DNA of 64,000 nucleotides from Podarcis filfolensis (taxonomy: Eukaryota). The position numbers and the translations under genes are program-made. Under the pieces are notes generated by a model that was given only the letters and a program-made list of their open reading frames with translations, did not search any database and was not told where the DNA came from. Positions 61,001-64,000 of the stretch are shown here, in pieces. How positions within the stretch are numbered: the stretch's first letter is position 1; the number at the start of each line of letters is the position of its first letter. The stretch is taken from assembly GCA_964270895.1 (NCBI GenBank), contig OZ185440.1; one strand, written 5' to 3'.

Positions 61001-62829
61001 GACAGTTCAAGTTTCTCCATAAGTTTCTGAACTGGACTGTAGTCTAAAGTGACATCAATACTTGTTCAGCAATATTATTAGACAAACTACCAAACATCTT
61101 TCAATAAGTAGCACCACTGCCTCATTCTTATTTTGCTTCCATATCTCCCAGTTTTTTTAAAAAAAAATAATGGGTGCAGAACTGTGTACTGCAGAAAGGG
61201 AACATCTGTTTTCTTTTTGGTCTGCTTAGATGAGCTGAAAGAAGAGCAGTACCAAGCATTACCCCCAAAGTATTGGAATAAATTTCCCTTGATAAAGTGA
61301 ATGTCTTGAAAAACATCAGGAAACTATTCTCTTTTTCAGCTGTCTCTTCCCTTTTGAGATTTGACTTCAGCAGCTGCTTTTGATCTTCTCATTGTGTCTT
61401 TCGATTTTGACACCCCACTGTAACCTCACCACAGTATTAAAGAATCTGGAGTTGGCTAACCACCCCCACTTGTTTAGCTTTACATTCAACAAATGCATCA
61501 AGTCATACTTTAGCTTGAAGTCGTCCCCCAATAGTTGATCGCATATGGTAGACAGAAACCACTACGTCGCCATGGACAGTGACTCCTAACGGAATTACAA
61601 CTTTTCCTTCTTGAATACGGAATTCCCTAAAGAAAAGTAAAATAACTTTTACTTTACAACTCTTGTAATATTAATCAGAACTGTCAAAACAAAATTCACA
61701 GTGACCTTACCCCACACCCAAGTACTGTACCACTCTACCCAGTAGAAGGAGCAGGTTGGGCCAGTTAACAAGAAGTCTTGGTTTGGCTGGTTTGTTTACC
61801 TCCCTTCTCTCTCACAGCACAAGCTACAGCCTATTTCAACATCCACAAATATACTCTATGCAGAAAATGCACAGAATATGAAACAGTCCATAGTACAAAA
61901 ATCAAAACTTCAGAGGCAAAACATTATCCCTATTTAAACATTATGTATCCCTATTTAAACATTATGTATATGTGTGAAGGGCTCATCCAGAACATGGCCA
62001 ACATGTATGGTGGTAGCACTTCCCAGTTCATGTATGATAAGAGCCAGTGTGAAGATAGGAAGCCGCTACACACATATGCATTGGGAAATCCTGGTTCCCA
62101 TTCAAATAGCCACAGCTGTATTGACACAGACCCAGGCAGATACCCATACCTATATTTCAGACTGGTGTTGATCACGTATCAACCAGGGGATGCAACCAGC
62201 ATGTTTACTGGTGCCTGGGGGCATAAGTAACTTGTGTGCTCTAGATAGCTCCTTCCCCTGCTTTGTATATATGGGTGCAGAGGTATTCTAAGTAAACACA
62301 GTGGCACTCACTTCATTCTTTCATACTCTTGGGAGGTCGTGAAGATTCTGGTTTCTCCAATAAGAATGTCACAGAAAGGCCGGCAGCCTGTTCTCTGCTT
62401 GTTGAAACAGGGCACTGGACTGAAGAGGACTGATTTGATAGTTAGAGGCTTGCAGTGAGGTTGAATAGGTTTGTCTGCTATTAGATCACAAATATATCCT
62501 ACATACCTGCAATGAGAAAAATAATTAAGAGGGGTCCATTCATATTACTGCTTTGCTGAGGTCCTCTTTCGAGGGTCTTCTGCTGGTTCCCTCACTGGGA
62601 TAAGCGAAGTTGCAGGGAACCAGGAAGAGGGCCCTCTCAGTAGTGGCGCCCTCCCTGTGGAACGCCTTCCCTTCAGATGTCAAGCAGGCAAAGAATTACA
62701 CAACTTTTAGAAGACATCTGAAGGCAGCCCTGTATCAGGAGGTTTTTAATGCTTGATGTTTTTATTATGTTTTTTGATATGCTGTAAGCCACCCAGGGTG
62801 ACTGGGGAAACCCAGCCAGATAGGCAGGG

Positions 62830-62874
<45 letters not shown>

Positions 62875-64000
62875 TGCATCCTTTAGCTCTATAAAAGTAT
62901 TTGGGGTTCCTCAAGTTGCAGAATCTAGTATTTTCAATAGTAGAAAACCTGCTGTCAAGGAACAGGAATGCTGTGTCTAATTTTAAAATATAAGATTAGA
63001 GATCTCAGGGGCAAAAATCCCATGAGGAGAAAGCAAGTATAACATAAGCATCTTACAGATGCAATCCCTGATGCAGTTCTGTTTGAAAGCTGCAAAAGGA
63101 TTTGGCTCTTCTCTCCCCTGACAACAGGACTGCTACCAATTGAGTGTAAAAACAGGTCCTAAGTTAATATTCCCTTAAAGTTCAGAATAGGGGTCAGGAA
63201 CCTGTGGCCCTCCAAATGCTGCTGGATTACAGCTCCTCATTTGTGGTAGGGATACCACATTTTAAAGTCTTGATGCTCTTGTGATTGTCAAAAACCCAGG
63301 GCTTCAGATTATTAATGACTAAAAATTATTATTCCCACTTATACTGGAACAGTCTATTTTTTTTTAATAAATATTTATTCAATTTTCCAATTTTATACAA
63401 ACACAAAAAGAAAAAGAAAAATATTAAAAACAAATCAATTTCAGTATCAATTTTTCAATAACATGTTTCTTTGACTTCCTCATACCTCCCCTTCTTGTTT
63501 TCTAGTTCAAATTGTTAATCCAGCAAATCCTAATCTCTTAACATTCCTTTTAACTAACACCTTTTTTTTCCAATCAACTTTTTTTTTTAAATTTTATAAC
63601 TTAAACAATATTAATCCCAGTTCTTTTTATCATAACAGCTAGAGACCACATACATTCAATCCAGCATCTGGAACAGTCTAATTTATACAGGACCAAAGCA
63701 ATTTAGGAATACTTGTGTTTTGGAATGCAGCCTTAGGAACCCAGTGGGATCATTGAAGCCTTAGCTGAAAGCATTTGTTTTGCTGAACTGTTGCCAATCT
63801 GCCTTCAACCAGTCAGTGACTGGATAAAATGAATTCCCACTGATTTCAGTGCAGATACATAGCTTTAAACAGACAGGAAGGGTGAAACTGAATAAAATCT
63901 GACTCCAAGAAATAAAGAAATGGAAAGTCACATTTCATGTGTTTAGACATTTGGTCCGTCGGGAAAACTTACCTTCTGTGGGATGGCCAGAGTACTATTC
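45302..64000 (-). CDS. DNAJC6: Auxilin-1 (DnaJ homolog subfamily C member 6), 5'-partial; 14 coding exons in window: 63973-64000, 62312-62506, 61509-61626, 60377-60456, 58636-58829, 58446-58526, 57454-57900, 54995-55147, 53976-54047, 52711-52845, 48832-49098, 47861-48006, 46393-46569, 45302-45403
   Basis: All introns are GT-AG and the phases chain without a frameshift (2195 nt; 730 aa plus stop). The translation matches auxilin as I recall it: [48 protein letters not shown] motifs, [63 protein letters not shown]. The C-terminus and the LEPROT neighbour indicate DNAJC6 rather than GAK. Confidence 0.97.
46393..46569 (-). CDS. DNAJC6: DNAJC6 J-domain exon, 177 nt ([16 protein letters not shown]...VLVVHPDK)
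   Basis: HPD motif intact; tcacag| acceptor and |gtaagt donor. Confidence 0.98.
47861..48006 (-). CDS. DNAJC6: DNAJC6 exon, 146 nt ([19 protein letters not shown]...[14 protein letters not shown])
   Basis: cattaag| acceptor, |gtaagc donor; phase 1/0. Confidence 0.96.
48832..49098 (-). CDS. DNAJC6: DNAJC6 exon, 267 nt ([14 protein letters not shown]...[13 protein letters not shown]...RGKGSGSS)
   Basis: Lies within ORF-track 48815..49114; tttcag| acceptor and |gtaaat donor. Confidence 0.96.
51227..51620 (+). mobile_element. tRNA-derived SINE (Squam2-like; name uncertain) interrupted by a hAT-Charlie MITE (51299-51556)
   Basis: SINE head ATAGCTCAGTGTTAGAACATCTGATTTGCAGGCAGAAGGTCCC resumes after the MITE. 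MITE TIRs are CAGGGGTAGGCAA/TTGCTGACCCCTG, with TSD GTCTTTGG/TTCTTTGG (7/8). Confidence 0.8.
51645..51800. mobile_element. Palindromic MITE remnant
   Basis: Inverted arms TCCTCCAAAGAATCCTG.../...CAGGATTCTTTGGAGGA. Confidence 0.65.
52711..52845 (-). CDS. DNAJC6: DNAJC6 exon, 135 nt ([17 protein letters not shown]...[16 protein letters not shown])
   Basis: tcttag| acceptor, |gttaga donor; an alternative in-frame GT lies 15 nt upstream. Confidence 0.92.
53976..54047 (-). CDS. DNAJC6: DNAJC6 exon, 72 nt ([24 protein letters not shown])
   Basis: gtttag| acceptor, |gtttgt donor; phase 1/1. Confidence 0.93.
54231..54471 (-). mobile_element. Tigger-like MITE in a DNAJC6 intron (opposite orientation to 9178 and 41893)
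   Basis: TA|CAGTGGTACCTC...AAGGTACCACTG|TA; internal TTCTTAACCTGAAACTGTTCTTAAC is the reverse complement of the motif in the other copies. Confidence 0.88.
54995..55147 (-). CDS. DNAJC6: DNAJC6 exon, 153 nt ([10 protein letters not shown]...DLLGSF...[21 protein letters not shown])
   Basis: ttgcag| acceptor (NAGNAG), |gtagga donor; contains DPF x3 and DLL. Confidence 0.92.
57454..57900 (-). CDS. DNAJC6: DNAJC6 exon, 447 nt (DQKLERSS...[11 protein letters not shown]...EDVDLLGL...SPRVGE)
   Basis: Contains ORF-track 57440..57844; cactaag| acceptor, |gtaaaa donor. Confidence 0.96.
57983..58042. repeat. Compound (CT)n(CA)n microsatellite about 80 nt upstream of the 447-nt exon acceptor
   Basis: Read directly from the sequence. 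Confidence 0.95.
58446..58526 (-). CDS. DNAJC6: DNAJC6 exon, 81 nt ([27 protein letters not shown])
   Basis: ttatag| acceptor, |gtatgg donor; symmetric phase 1; similar to the human GQAPIDIPPDNPRHYGQSGFFASLCWQ as recalled. Confidence 0.9.
58636..58829 (-). CDS. DNAJC6: DNAJC6 exon, 194 nt ([16 protein letters not shown]...[14 protein letters not shown])
   Basis: Lies within ORF-track 58601..58855; gtttag| acceptor and |gtaaaa donor. Confidence 0.96.
60377..60456 (-). CDS. DNAJC6: DNAJC6 exon, 80 nt ([26 protein letters not shown])
   Basis: ttttag| acceptor, |gtaagt donor; phase 0/2. Confidence 0.96.
61509..61626 (-). CDS. DNAJC6: DNAJC6 exon, 118 nt (C2 domain; [14 protein letters not shown]...[10 protein letters not shown])
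   Basis: ctttag| acceptor, |gtatga donor; phase 2/0. Confidence 0.96.
61925..61966. repeat. Perfect 21-bp tandem duplication TATCCCTATTTAAACATTATG x2
   Basis: Read directly from the sequence. Confidence 0.9.
62312..62506 (-). CDS. DNAJC6: DNAJC6 exon, 195 nt ([13 protein letters not shown]...[31 protein letters not shown])
   Basis: ttgcag| acceptor, |gtgagt donor, open frame in phase 2/2. Confidence 0.96.
62563..62873 (+). mobile_element. L2-type LINE 3' end with (AAT)n tail
   Basis: Homologous to 18600-18870; (ATA)n at about 62830-62873. Confidence 0.88.
63357..63667 (-). mobile_element. 5'-truncated poly(A)-tailed LINE insertion (L1-like)
   Basis: Minus-strand AATAAA followed by a poly(A) tail (T-run at about 63356-63364); perfect 13-bp TSD CTGGAACAGTCTA (63344-63356, 63668-63680). 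Confidence 0.8.
63973..64000 (-). CDS. DNAJC6: DNAJC6 exon (partial; PTEN-like domain, GIVLWPSHR)
   Basis: Reads GA ATA GTA CTC TGG CCA TCC CAC AGA AG|GTAAGT; truncated by the window edge. Confidence 0.9.

Noticed and set aside
742-62980. Most short ORFs in the six-frame track
   Set aside because: They overlap TEs, microsatellites, the N gap or antisense exon sequence and show no recognisable protein similarity; this is the expected random background.
1-64000. CRISPR arrays, operons, prokaryotic or phage defence systems
   Set aside because: The DNA is intron-containing vertebrate sequence. No regularly spaced repeat-spacer array was seen, and the repeated units are dispersed TEs.
46369-64000. 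Calling the J-domain gene GAK (auxilin-2)
   Set aside because: The C-terminal peptide, the exon peptides and the LEPROT neighbour match DNAJC6.

Overview
This is eukaryotic (vertebrate) genomic DNA, almost certainly from a squamate and most likely a lacertid lizard (Sauria SINEs, squamate L2/RTE fragments, Tigger-like and hAT MITEs). Both recognisable genes are on the minus strand. (1) The 3' part of DNAJC6 (auxilin-1): 14 coding exons from the window edge (64000) to TAG at 45302, giving 730 aa that cover the end of the PTEN-like domain, the C2 domain, the clathrin/AP2-binding region and a J domain with an intact HPD. (2) A complete LEPROT (endospanin-1/OB-RGRP): 4 exons of 16/76/187/117 coding nt, 131 aa, with a CpG-island promoter at about 40.6-41.3 kb. 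Downstream of LEPROT lie about 23 kb of repeat-rich non-coding DNA, including a 152-N assembly gap. A second CpG island follows at about 6.7-7.9 kb, with minus-strand splice signals; by DNAJC6-LEPROT-LEPR-PDE4B synteny it is most likely the LEPR-specific promoter. I found no LEPR coding exon in the window. I see no evidence of a new multi-gene system, CRISPR array or RNA gene. The best leads are splicing-level: an in-frame 18-nt candidate microexon in DNAJC6, an orphan 36-nt exon that could belong to LEPROT-to-LEPR read-through transcripts, the putative LEPR 5' exons, an extra DPF motif in auxilin, and a palindromic MITE in the LEPROT 3'UTR. All exon and TSD coordinates were read by hand. Family names and human comparisons are from memory and were not searched.
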